DNA of 63,989 nucleotides, counting the filler, from Dimargaris cristalligena (taxonomy: Eukaryota), in assembly GCA_003614675.1 (NCBI GenBank). It is 3 parts of 3 records of this genome, joined end to end, with 100 filler letters (N's around TTAATTAATTAA, not from the genome) between each part and the next. Parts side by side here need not be neighbours in the genome. Positions count along the whole stretch, not along the records: positions 23,283 to 46,420 come from ML002619.1; positions 46,521 to 63,989 come from ML002800.1; 1 more part is not named here. One strand, 5' to 3'. Below, in pieces: positions 37,405 through 52,100 of the stretch (its first letter is position 1; each line of letters opens with the position of its first letter). A model generated the notes under the pieces. The model was given only the letters and a program-made list of their open reading frames with translations. It was not told the origin of the DNA and made no database searches. A program made the translations under genes and the position numbers.

Positions 37405-40400
37405 TTAATCCCCGGCTGTATTGAGGATCCGGCGACGGAGGACGGCCAATTGGTGTGAAATGGCCTCGATACCTACAGACGGTAGCCCGATTAAAAAGGG
37501 GAGTAACATACACAATAGCCAAATACACAAATTTGGTTAAACAGATGTTCGTTAGCATCATGAATGGCAATACACACAGCATTTAAGTCCATGGGGCAAC
37601 GAGCGTAAAACAATAGAATAATGCCACTTACATTGGTGAGCGCGCGCCTGATCCTGGGGATCCAGTTTGAGGGCCGGCTTCCCATGCCACTCGGGCATAC
37701 CACCCTGGCCCAGCCCAGGTCTAGTAAATTGGGCCTCTTCATCCGCACTAGTCCAGGCCACCGGCTCGAGTAGTGCCTCTAACAAATCAATGGCCCACTG
37801 ATAGCCCCGTTCGCACAAGATAAATTCCTGATGTCGGTAAAGGTGGAGGGCATGCTTGGCCGTTTGAAGGGCGGCGTCGTGTAACATTTGTTCGATACTC
37901 AGGTCAGTCAGGACGAGCTCATCGGTGGGACTCTTGGACTTGACGTATTCGGCCCGCTCCTCACAAATGTTGAACTGATGGCGGGCCAATTGGACTGTGT
38001 TGTTAAATGGCACCGACGCAACGGCCGGAGGGGATCCTTTGGAAGGGCCTCCGCCAATGGTAACTCCGCCGGCGGTATAAAACGGGAGCCGACGGGGTTC
38101 GGATGCAGGGCTACCACCACCGCCCATGATGGACTGACTAGTCAGTCGAGACCAGTGGCGCTCGGCGGCATAGAGTCCAATCTCCAACAGGGACAGCGCC
38201 CGGTGATAAAGAGCGAATGATTCCTCCACGCTGGTTTGCACCCGCAAATGGGTGTCGGTCAAGTGGCCGCGGCGAGAGTGGGCGGAGCTAGTGGTTTGGG
38301 GTCGGACGGCCGGAGAGGTCGTAGCAGAGGGAGGACCACTATTACCGGTCCTCTGCACCTGACGTTGGTGGTGGGGTAAGTTGAGTAGGTCCTCGACGTA
38401 GCCTAGTTTCTGGTCAGCCAACTGGGTTACAGCTTGGGCCTTGGTGGTCAAATCCTGGATTTTGGCAATGGTGGCCTGTTCGTCCATATCCGTGGCTGAC
38501 CCAGCTGAATTCAATTGCGGAGGTTGTCCACTGGGAGTCGCCGTCGAGCGGAGTGATGAGGGCCCTCGGAAGGCTGTACCAGCCCCCGTTTGCCCAACAA
38601 AACCGTGTTGAAGCCCAACGGCTCCCAACTGGGGCGGAGAGTCGCTACGAGTACGAAGTGGCGAAGGTGCAGTGAGCTGCTGTGTCCGGTCGGCAATAGG
38701 GAACACCATAGGGATTGAGGTGGACTTGCCGTGGTGTTTCATCAGGCTAGGGGATGGGCCAGTGGACGAAGGGGGGTGATGCTGGGTATTGGTGAGACGG
38801 CCTCGACCCGACTTGGGCGACGACGCCAACTCATCAGCCAGGATATTAACCTCGACGGTTCGCTTGTCTACCATCACGTACTCCTTTTCGGCCGTCGGCG
38901 GAGCATTCTCGCGAATGGCTGAGGCGCGGGACAGGGAATCGCGTTTACTTAAATGGGGGGACCCCTGGGATGAATTGGATACCAGAGGAATTGATTCCAT
39001 AGCAGGCGGTATCGTCGCCTCCCGAGGCCGTGGGGTACTGGAGGGAGACGAGGAAGACGGGAGGGCTCGGATATTGAGCAGCTCATCTAGATCCCGGGCT
39101 AGTCCGCCGGCCACCGGGTCCTCACGAGACCGTGGGTCGGGTTCTTGGTGGGCTGGTAAGGCGGACCGTCCACTGGCAGGCTGTGCAACTGCTGACGGAC
39201 CCTGGTCATTCGGGGTCGCAGTACGGGCCGTTGGTTCAGTGGGACCCGCTAGTATCGGCATCGCAGTTGATAGAGACGCCCGCAGCCGCAATACCGGGTG
39301 CTGAAAAAAGGCCTCGAATGATATCCGGTCCTCGGGATGGCGTTTCAGCATAGCCCGCACTAGCTCTTGGAGGTCCAGAGCCACCAGGGGACTGGCTGAG
39401 GCAGGCGGAAGGTAATGTCCCCCATGGCCAGTGGATTCGGTTGATCCAGTGGGTGCCCCGGTATCGCCGGGGAATCGGATTTTGTCGTTGGTCAATTCAA
39501 TCTTACGAAGAAGGTCAATGTGATTGGCGGCTCGGAAAGGTGGGCGACCCGCGATCATTTCATAAAGTACCGCACCAGTGCTCCATAAGTCGGCTTTGGC
39601 ACTGTACTTTTGAAATCCTAGAATTTCAGGGGCCATGTAAAGCGGGGAGCCACAGAGAGTCTCGGCCAGGTCCTGCGAGGGTAGGGAGCGTGCAAAGCCA
39701 AAGTCGGCCACTTTGAGGTTGGGGAAGATTTGCAGGGCCTCAGAGGACCCAAGGACGTATTCGGGCGTAGGTGGGCATAGCAATAGGTTTTGGGGCTTAA
39801 TGTCCCGGTGAATAATCTTTCGGGCCTGGAGAAACTCGAGGGCGGAGGCTAGAGAAAATATGATGAATCAGATGATATTAAGTATAATGGATAAGGAGAG
39901 CGGTAGGTAAGTAAACGATCATGTTTCTTCGGTTAAGAGTATAGCGTGATGGACGGTGTATTGTTCCAATTCGTGTATATCCCAAAGGAGAAGGGGTTCT
40001 AATGGTAATAGAAATCAGTCGAATTGGGACATACCTAACTGGTTCAAAAAATGCCGGACAATCGGCTCCTTGAGGCCGCCAGCCTCGCCTTTAAGGACGG
40101 GAAACTCCTTTCGCCGTTTGATATACGCTGAGAGATCTCCCACAGAACAAAACTCTACGACTAAGTGAATATGGTTCCGAGATTTCTACATGCGGGAATG
40201 TAGAAAAAAGAAAAGAAATTGAATGGAAATGGAAATGGTAATAGAAATGCGAAAGGGTTTTGAGGGTTAGTATACTGCGGTTACTGGACATCTGATTTAG
40301 GAATAACCCTGGAGTTTCCCTGAAGTTTAGCAGGTGGGTAAACAAAAGGCCAATCCACGACAGAGGCGGGCTAAATAACGGGCCATTGTGCTGGCAATTC

Positions 40401-41083
40401 GCAGGCCAGTGGCAATTGCTGTGAATCGAGGGGACACTTTGCTTACCAAACAGTCCAAGAGCTCCACCACATTCTCATGGCGGGCCTTTTTCAAAATGGC
40501 AATTTCGGATTCGAGATTTTCGAGAAGTTTCTTGGTTAGCTGGGACCGGGCAACGGATTTGATTGCGACCGTCAGATTGGTTATCTATATGCATAATCGG
40601 CGTAGAGTAAGGTGAGGTATCGTAATTTAATGTAAGATTCAGCGACGGTGGCTAGGAAATATGTAGGTATCTGAACGTCCCCATCCCCATCCCCATCCCC
40701 ATCCCCATGCATCTTTCGATTAGCAGATAATCCAGGTCGGACATTCATTTCTAAAAAAAAAAATGGAATTGAGCCAAAGAGGGGCCACATGTGCTTACCC
40801 CCTAGTCCTTATTTACAGACTGACTCGTGACCTTCATACCGCCACTTCCCCCTAGGCTCATGTATGCGGCCTTGACCGAGCGGACCGAATAGTAAATAGC
40901 CAAAGGGGTACACATGGATCCACGGGGTTATATCTAGGGATACACTAAAGCAAGGCCAAAACATACCTTATTATAGCCCTTGTATACGGAGGCGAACGAA
41001 CCGCGGCCAATTTCACTTCCGATAACATAGTCACCGACTCGGACTACGGTGCGAACTCGGTTGGCGTGGGTTCCATCACTCAT
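37405..41083 (-). CDS. ATG1: Serine/threonine kinase ATG1/ULK1, ~896 aa; exons 41083-40967, 40584-40447, 40185-40035, 39848-37632, 37472-37405
   Basis: [83 protein letters not shown]1-typical [20 protein letters not shown] segment and C-terminal tandem MIT-like helices. Confidence 0.95.
40679..40706. repeat. (CCCCAT)n microsatellite in ATG1 intron 1
   Basis: About 4-5 tandem hexamer units are visible. Confidence 0.8.
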
Positions 41084-43630
41084 TGCTGTCTGACGTGGGC
41101 TCTACTGGGTTAAGGCCACAGTGGGTGGATTTGTTAAACCTTGCCGATAGACCTGCGAGATGTCCGGACGAGCTGTGGGGGCAAGGTGAGGGACAGAGAG
41201 GAGGGAATGGAGCCAACAGTCGGTGAGGTCTCTGCAATTGCCCTGGCAGAGCTAAAGTGAGAAAGGTAAGGGAAAGCCAATTGGGCCAAATGACAAAGAA
41301 TAATAATAAACAATAACGTCGGTCGTTAAGCCGAGACAAGTGAAATAACCAAGGCGGGCGGGAAGGAGCTTGAGGTAGCGATGTCAATGTATTTATATTG
41401 ATAGGGGAAGAAAGGGAGTAAAAAAAAAGAAAGAGGGCCGGGAGCAAAGGGTTGGAGAAATGGGTCAAAGCGATACTCAAGCAAGATAAGAGCTGCGGGA
41501 AATTGTGCCAAGGCTTGGTGGTGTACAGGAAATAAAAAAATACAGCGAGTAATAATGAGCCAGTTAAACGAATAGGGGAGTAGAATGTACAGCAACGTAA
41601 GCGGGAGAGGAAAATATGAGTAAAAGTGAGAGTGACAACCACTACTGCGGGTGGGAAAAGGTCAAATACCTCAGGACCATAGCCATAGACAAAGGGGCCC
41701 TTGAACTGACAGGTATGGGTCGTCAATGGGAGCTTGTGTGAAGGAGGGAATGTAAGGGTAGTTTCAAAAAAGGCAGAGGATGTTGTGGGCAAATTGAAAC
41801 ACAACCGACAACCGGATTCCTACCGTCTAGCTAGGGAAATACAAACAGTCCCTTTCGGTTACCACTGGAGCATGGAACTGAACGGTTCAAGAAAGGGCCC
41901 AGCGGTCGGGGTTTTCAAAAGGGTTTATGCCTTGCTAGTCTAACAGGTGTGTTATATAAAGAGTAAATGGAGGAGGGTGATTGGAATGAGCGAGTTGGGC
42001 TGGCAATAATGGATATAGTACAACAAACGGAAGAGAGTGGTTTGGTGCTGACAGCCCAAGGATAAGAATGGCAATGGGATGGCGTTGCCCGCTCGGGTGT
42101 ACCAAATAGCGGGGAAAGTGGTACTTGGCTCAAGTAAAAAGTGGGCGTACTCAGGTTCGCCCAGCTGACTCCGGAAAGTGGGCAATATGACCTCGGAGGC
42201 GAAATTGACCGAGGTAGCGGCGGTGGTGGTGATATAGAACGGGCGTATCCGAACGAGTAAAGGCGACGGCAGGAGGTGGGACGGTACAGTACTTTGTGGC
42301 GGATAACTAAAGTGATGGAGTAAAATGAGGTAGTTTGGTGGTCGGACTGTTATTTTATATATATAATATATTTAGAAAATGGAAAGCAATATGCAAGCCT
42401 TCTTCTCTGTAAAGCAGCAGTCGCCTTTTAATCTAGTGAGGCTGGGTGGAAGAAGGAAATGGAGTGGAACTGTGTATAAAGTACACCTACGTAAATATAG
42501 AGGGCGGTGAAAGGGTAGTAGCAGTGGAGTTATAAATAAACCGAATTTGGGGGGGACAGACCCACGCCAAGCATATATATATGACAGTGAACCACAACAA
42601 CCGACCAACCGTGCATATAGAGATAAGGCAATGCATACATTCGGTTTGTTGCCCGGATGGCGAAATAAGGGACGATTGACAGCGCGGGTTGCCGCTATCG
42701 CCTCCATCACAGCGACTCGTTCGTCGTCACGCGATAGTCCTATGTGATGGCGATGGCCGCTGACCCTCGCCATTGGACCGACCCTTCTTCTACCTTCTAT
42801 AACGATGGCTAATGGCTATAGTCTCGGCCAAAAGGGCGTGTTTCTCTTCCACTTTCTCTTCTTCGGCCCTTCATTTAATATTCTCGCCTTGAAGAGATAC
42901 ACACACGCCCCCTCTACCACACCTGTAAACCCACCCACTCTACACTTAGTGCCATATCAGCCTGGCTGGTATTTAGGGAAGGGCACTAAACCATTCACAT
43001 CCCATTTTATTAGCCATGGGCTTCTGTGAATAGAGCCGTGTCTATTTTCCACAAGTAAAGGCGCCCCTTCCTCCACAGTCACTGCCCATTTCCTTCTATT
43101 CCACTTTCCATCGTTAGTTTATATACATGGGAGTCCTACAGCTTATTAGGCACCTCAAATAGTAGCAACCCCCACCCTCCATGGCACTTGAGCTATATTT
43201 TAACCGTTCTTCATCAATACAGTGACTAGCTTCCTGGACTCTATTTTAGTCTAGGATTAGCTGCAGTGGGCATTTCAATGGTGAAGGATGAAGAGTGAAG
43301 CTGTAAATGAGGCGCATAAAGCGGCCAAGGAACTCGATTGATAAGAGCTGCCATCATAATACTATACCCATCATGGTTGTGGTGACCTTAGGAGTGCCTA
43401 AATCCAGTCCACTAAACTGGTTATACCCAATTGGGACTTTTCCCCCAGTAAAATTGCGTCCTTTCGATAAGAAGTATCTAGTGGTAGTGCCGAGGCTCAC
43501 AAGAGCAAGGCAACCAAATTTATTCCTTCAGTCTATTTGCCCTACTGCACTTGATTCCCTCCCATTTGGCCATACTATAGCTCCCTTCCATTGTCCCCAT
43601 TATATCCGCAGTTTTGCTCGACAATTCAAC

Positions 43631-44592
43631 ATGGTCGACCCCAAACCGACTGATTCGGCGTCAGAGCCCCAACCGCCTTTGGAATGTAACGTCATGAGAG
43701 CCATTGACGACATGTTCTCCTGTAGTAGTAAGTGCATCCGCTTGGTTAGCTATTATTTAAAACGACCCCCCTGACCGTCGAGGTGCCACGAGAGTGCGGG
43801 ATCGCCAGCGAAAGTACTTTTCCGGGTTTACACCCCCAAAAACCCACACCCCCTTCTCGAATTCCAAGGCCCTGCTCCATTGGAATACGCCGTTGACATT
43901 GCCCCCCTTCTTCCGGGACCCTTCTTAAACCACCCTATTACACCTATTCAATACGACTACTATACCCCAACCAGATCTCAAAGGGCATGCCCTCAACTAC
44001 TACCGGTATGGTGTCCGCCGGGACTGTAAGAGCAAATCCGAGCGTCTCAAGCTTTGCCTTAAAGTGAATCTTATGTCGGACGCACGGCGACAGGTACTGT
44101 CCATATCTCTAGCATCACCACTTAGATCCAATCAACCATACCACCCACTCATCTAAATCAGTCTGTTCAACGTTCCTGCCCAATTATTTAACCAAACTCC
44201 GTTTAAACCCGATGCATTAACCTATCCCTCTTATATAGAAAATTTTGCAACAATACGAGGACGAGAAGAAACAAAAGCTTCTGGATGGTCCTAATATCCT
44301 GGATGTGATGTCAGAGCGGACGTAAGTACTCCCCCTCCTTACCTCTATTATACACCAATTACTTTGGTACCCAAGTGCCATGCACTCTTTGGGTCCCGCT
44401 GTATATCATTGCAATTTGATTGTAAATATTGTTTCACGAAATCGTGTTAATGATATACTAAGTTTACTCATGGCCAACCCATTAACTATTGTGGATAATA
44501 ATTATCTCTCTTCAAATACGCGGATGTTTAGAGAACCTCTTGAAGACTTCCCTCCCCAGAATCCACCCAAGATCCCACCACCAATCCTTTAA
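43631..44592 (+). CDS. Emi1/DUF3128-like small Cys-motif protein, 119 aa; exons 43631-43727, 43975-44093, 44239-44321, 44532-44592
   Basis: Spliced sequence ECNVMRAIDDMFSCS|NLKGHALNYYRYGVRRDCKSKSERLKLC..GPNILDVMSERT matches the DUF3128 pattern (D..F.C...G....YRYG...C.........C; GP...D++..R). GT-AG introns are in frame. Confidence 0.8.
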
Positions 44593-44849
44593 GCGGATTC
44601 GGGGACTGGATTTCATACAAAATGAACGTATGAGTTAAGCTACGGAGAGTGGCTCTTATACTAGAGCTATTCAAGCCATTAGAACAGCTATCTGAACTAC
44701 CTTGGCCGAATAAAGAAAAACGTATAGATGTATATACACGTATATAAAGTACCTGTGGCGTGTTTCCAGCAGGTATTTGCCGTATCAAGTATAAGCCTTG
44801 TAAGATTCGGGGCAAATAAAATAAACTAGTCCCACGGTAAACGTCGTGC

Positions 44850-46285
<1,436 letters not shown>

Positions 46286-46420
46286 CTGCCGATTCGATGG
46301 ATAGTGTTTCCAATCCAATAAATAAATAAATGGTACGTTAATATTATTCAGACTAAACCCTAAATCCCCCCTTTGTTAATCAACTTAGATACCACGGCAA
46401 TCGATTCCATGAAGCTTGGC

Positions 46421-46520
46421 NNNNNNNNNNNNNNNNNNNNNNNNNNNNNNNNNNNNNNNNNNNNTTAATTAATTAANNNNNNNNNNNNNNNNNNNNNNNN
46501 NNNNNNNNNNNNNNNNNNNN
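46421..46520. other. Artificial contig-joining spacer
   Basis: 44 N + TTAATTAATTAA + 44 N. Confidence 0.98.
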
Positions 46521-46615
46521 ATAATATGTGTATGGGCGAATATATGTGAGAATAGCTTTTAACCAGTAATATTGGTCTCATCCAATGGATTTTTCATTAT
46601 ACAACCTGAATGAAC
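46521..46615 (-). repeat. Repeat family B, copy 3 (contig starts inside it)
   Basis: tgtatgggcgaatatatgtgagaa.agcttttaaccagtaata.tgg.ctcatccaatggatttt is shared with 36295-36360. Confidence 0.8.
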
Positions 46616-49156
46616 CATCTTGATATTATCAAGATCCAATAGCAATTTACCCAGCAGCTATTGGTCATGTTAAAGAGTGAGCGGTATAAGCACGTTTATT
46701 AAGAGAGAATCAAATTCTGTGTGACTAATGGAGAACATTGCGAGTGCTAGTAAACTGAAGGATCAGGGGGTGACGCCGATTCACTTTTATATGACCAATG
46801 ATTAGCATCCGACAGACATGAGGAGAAGGCCGAAAGCATCTTCACGGAGCCTTCAGGAGTAATACTCCTAGTGATAGGTCGCCTTGTCGTCCATGGGGTA
46901 ATAGTGATTAAAAAACAGTCCCTGGTCGGGAAATGGGTGATTAAAACACATCCTAGTACACTGGTGGTAGGTTCCAGGGGAGCCGGTCTCCTTTGGAAGC
47001 GGGGGTCGGCCCCTGCTCTGGCAGTGGGTGTACCAGTCACATACCGACCACTTTGCTTATATTTCGCTTATTCAATAAATATATTGCATACTTTTCGGGT
47101 TAGTATATATAATTTCTTTTAGGACTATCTGGCTCGCTTGTTAGAATACCAACCCATCACCCAAACCTATCTATGCTGGCAATAGAACTAATCCCCCTAT
47201 TGAGATTTCCGGATTTGTCGTGTTATAAACATGAAATTTAAGTGAGTGTTGTTATTAAAGTGGCATGTAGCGGGGATTTGTGAGTGGAGGAATAACGTAG
47301 CGATAGGAGTGTCAGTAACCTAAAGAGACACCAGCATGGTTAACAGACCACCCTTTATATGTAATTGATGCTAACTCTACCGCATGGGATTGTTAATGTC
47401 TAGCAGACGCGAGGTTCGCCCCTATAGAGTATTGGGGCCTTGAGATGGACCTGGTAAAGTGGGGCTATAGTGTATCTAGTATACCTTGGCCAACGGCGGT
47501 AAAGATTTATCAAATATCCGTGACCGGGGTCTCCCAATGGCCCGACACCAGGTTTCTTTGGTCCACGGCAATACTGTCCCCGGCCAAGGGTGATGACACA
47601 TCGATATCAGTGGAATTACGCCTAGCCGCAGGGTCTGAAATGACAGCTGTGAGCCTACGTAATGGACAATCCTACTGGTTCACCGGACTCGAAACTACAA
47701 TCGCGCCTTTATTCCGGATAGAGTTAATAATAGCTGACCATATTGTTAGGGCTATGGAGGCCGTCCCTGGAAGGTACTGGGTTGTCTAGCGGTAAGTTCT
47801 TCTTTATATAACGTACACTGAGTCGACCAATAGGAAATACCTATGGGGTAATTAGAATACCCGTCCAGAGGTAGACAGTCATATACACTTCACCCCCCGC
47901 TCCCCTCCGTGGATCTAGGTGGTTCCCTTTCTGTTCTATTCGATACTAATTGTCCATATAGATTAAAAGGATATTTATAAAGGCTACAATATAAATGAAA
48001 ATAAATGTTTCAACTACATACTAATTCAGTACGGCCAGTTCCCCTTTAGGCTGCATAAAGGTCGATACAGTACTTTGCTCCTAGATTCCTGAACGGGTAA
48101 TAGCTGCAGGAGCCGTGATCAGTTAAACGAGTGATAGTGCCGAATCTGTTTTTAATATATATGCAGTAGAACCGATATTGCGCGATCTTTAGGTGACTAA
48201 CTACTGGCTTACTATATTTGGATAGTAGGTCTCGTTTTTAACTATAACCGTGGAATCATATACCTGTTTTATGTGTTGGAATACTAAGGACGTAAAGGAA
48301 ATAAAACTGGAAGTAAGGGAAGAAGGCAGCTAGAGGACAGTAGGTGCCTCTAGGTGGTTAGTTTTATTAAACTGTAATTTCTATGGGGTGAAATATAAGT
48401 GGCTAATATATATGATCTCATGATAGCAGAATAAACTAACATAGTTGGGTGAAACAGGATAGGATAAAGAACACGTAGGAACATATTCTTCAACATTATG
48501 ATTCTATCGTTTATGAGAAATCTGTTATTTTCTTGACGTTGCTCAATATTTTATCAGCTGTCATCGCCCGGTATTCATTCCAGACTTTATAGGATGTCAC
48601 TATTACACATGTCATGATGTTGGTTATATGGTGCTGACCGGTCCCCTCCAGCATTTATTAATTAATGGGTCCTAAACCAAAGTGTGGATGCCATACGTTT
48701 CTTCGAATCACTAAGCCGATTTGGTCAATAACCAATCGGGGTACAGGGTATCTCCAATGTCTGCAACCCACGCAGGGGAGCATAATGATACTACCTTTAG
48801 AATGGTGGGAATGAATGAGGCGACGGGTTGCTCCGGTGAATGCGATAATAAGGGTTACGATTCGCTGGATTCATTATAGTTTGCAAGGACTAGGGGCCCC
48901 ATAGTCAGTCTTTCAATCTGATTTATAGGGTGACGACTTCCTCTAAACCCTGATATGATACGATGGTCAAGCTTCAGTAGAAACATATATATGGTCGCTA
49001 AACTGACAGCCATGGTAGCTGCTGTCAAGTCTTTTTCTTCAACCCTCTGCGCTCCGATTTAATTCACCTCAATCACCTTCAAATATCTCCCACTTATCAA
49101 TAATTTTACGTTTAATCTATTAGTCCACCTGATCCTCCGTTTACACTACGACCCCA

Positions 49157-52100
49157 ATGTTCGATTTACCCCCCGCTGTTCCCATCGTGACCCCAAGCCT
49201 AACGGCGGTCTCGACGGATTATCAATCCGCTATTGCCTTGCCCCTTAGTAAACCCCGTATCAGTTTGGCAGGTTATTCATCCTGGGTGAGCATCCTTGCA
49301 TTCCCTGGTACGCTGGGGGCCGAGCACCATAGCTTTGTGCAGACCCATCGGATGGCCACAGCTATTATCCTAAGTCGTTACTATCGCCGGCCCGCCGTTG
49401 CTTTCGCCCACTGGCGAGGCCAGCCTAGTTCACCCGCGGTCAATGGCCAGGTCCCCGAACCATTTCAATTAGTTCTCGCTCGAGTGGACCCCGACTCCCC
49501 GATTTCCCCCGCCATGCTACAAAACAATGCACCTATACATATCCCTGAATCTTCTGGATATGTAATCGAGGTGATTCTCCACACTGCTATTAATGGTTCC
49601 AGGGAGATGAATCCCAGGTCGGAATCTGGTAACAGTCACAGTCAGTCCAAGGAGGTTGAAGCCGACCCACATATCGCGGATCTATTGGCCAAAAGCACCG
49701 CTCATCTGGCCATAGGTTGCACAAATAACCAGGCGGAGTTCACCCAGATCACAATAACTTACGCTCGCGCTCAGTATCGTGACTCGGCCGTAGCAGAGTT
49801 CGCAAATCAATTCGTAACCGTTTGTGCGGCCGTTACCCAGGCGTTGAAGAGTGACCGGCCCATCCTTATACGTGATATTGCTTGGGTGTGTAACCAGGAA
49901 CGGTTACGCCTCCTAGACTTCTCCCACGTGAACAGACCCGTCCAGGAAGTCGGCCAGCCTATCCATCACTTGTTCAGTGACTGTGCCCGACGTTATCCCG
50001 ACCACTTGGCCTTAATACATGGACCTGACGAATGGACCTATGCGCAGCTGGACTACGCCAGTTCGGAACTGGCCCGGGTTCTAGTAGATCGATACGGGGC
50101 CCTTCCCGAAGTACGGATCGCACTGCTCATCCCCAAGTCAATTGCCTACAACATGGTTATTCTGGCCGTGTTCAAGTCAGGGGCTGCCTACGTACCCCTC
50201 GATCCTGACTACCCCTCCGATCGAATTCGGTTCGTTTTAGAGGATAGTGGCGCAACTCTGCTTATTACCGCTGAAGCAGTGCTTGGTAGCGTACCCGATC
50301 AGCTTCAGATACCAACCTTGACTGTGGATCCATACGCCCAACGACCAGTTACTCAAGTACCTTTGGATTTTCAATCGTTCCCTTCATCCCCCAGTGACCT
50401 GGCCTACATAATCTATACTTCGGGCACAACCGGTCGACCCAAGGGTGTCTTGGTCGAACACCGGGGTGTGGCCAACATGGCTACTGATCCGCGTTTAAAT
50501 GATGCCTATGGCCCCGACCGCCGCACTCTCCAGACCGGATCGATTGCCTTTGACGGTGTTCTATCAATCACCTTCCGGTCTTTGTGCTCTGGCAGTACCC
50601 TCGTGATCTCGACGGATAATTTACTGGAAGACCTACAGAATGTTAATACCGGTTTTCTGGTAACCTCATTCCTGTCCCGCTTGAGCCCCTTAGACTTTCC
50701 GGAAATGGATGTAATTGTATTCGGCGGTGAATCCCTGCTACCGGAACAACAAGAACGATGGTCACCCCATTGTCTCTTGGCCAACCATTATGGCCCGACC
50801 GAAGGAACCGTCTACTCTAACATGGCGTTGATTGGGCCCGATGACGATATTACCATTGGTAGGCCTATCCGTAACGTTTTCAATCTGGTAGTCGATGATG
50901 ACCTTCAACTAGTGCCCGTCGGGGTCCCAGGCGAACTCCTTATTGGTGGCGTGGGAGTGGCTCGGGGATACCAAAACCTACCCGAGCTGACCGCCAAAAA
51001 GTTCATTCCCAATCCATTTGGGGAGGGCCGAGTCTATCGCACCGGAGATTACGTCCGGTGGCTTCCAAACGGGATGATTGAATTTATTGGTCGAATCGAT
51101 AACCAAATCAAACTGCGTGGATACCGGATTGAGATTGACGAGATTGAGAATGTCGCGAGTCAATTTTCAGGACTTCAGCAGTGTGTGGCGGTTGTAGTTC
51201 AGGACACTCTGGTACTGTACGCCAGTCCTATCAGCCTTGATATAACCGGCTTGTTGGACTACCTAAGGGAACGGCTGTCCAAACAGATGGTGCCTGAGCT
51301 AGTGGTGCCCATGGCGGACTTTAAAACCACTGTAATGGGGAAACTCGATCGCCAGTCTCTACCCGCAGTTGGTCATTTAATATTGAAGAATTCGTTGTCT
51401 TCTATAACTAGGTCATGTATTGAAGCTCCTCATTCAGAGGTCGAGGAGGACCTCCGACGAGTCTGGGGGCAGGTTTTACAGCTAGATCCCGATCGCATCA
51501 GTACTACGGACCACTTTTTTCGAATCGGCGGCGACTCTATTTCGGCTATTTTACTGGTATCCAGAGGCCAGCAGATGGGATATCAGCTAACTGTCCCATT
51601 GATCTACCAGTACCCTGAGCTTCGCCTACTTGCCCAACACATTAAAATAGGCACTAACAACCAGGCCAATATCAACTCTGCGTATCAAGAACAGATTCTG
51701 GGTGAAGTGGCTTTAACCCCTATCCAGCGCTGGTTTAGTGTCACTGGCCTTCGTAACCCCCACCACTTTAACCAGTCGTTTACGTTGACAGTCAATCCCA
51801 AGGCCACTTTATCATTAGCGGCCATATCCGACGCTTTTGTGGCCCTGGCCAACCACCACGATATTCTCCGAGCCCGATTCCAGCCTGACGAAGGCGACCA
51901 ACAGTGGGTCCAGACAATTCCTACAGCCGCCGCCGTCCCAGCTGATTTCCTATTGTTGGAAGAGACAGTTTCGTCCGAAGACTACGCAAACTTTATTCTA
52001 CGTGTCCAGTCTAGCCTTAATTTAACTACCGGCCCTGTATTAGCAGCGGTCCTGATTCACAATTCAGAGTGCAAGTCCCAGTCCCGCCTATTCATCACCA

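Noticed and set aside
41076-41804. 242-aa hydrophobic minus-strand ORF upstream of ATG1
   Set aside because: Phe/Leu/Ser/Pro richness follows from a pyrimidine-rich leader or intron-like sequence. It has a non-ATG start and is out of frame with ATG1.
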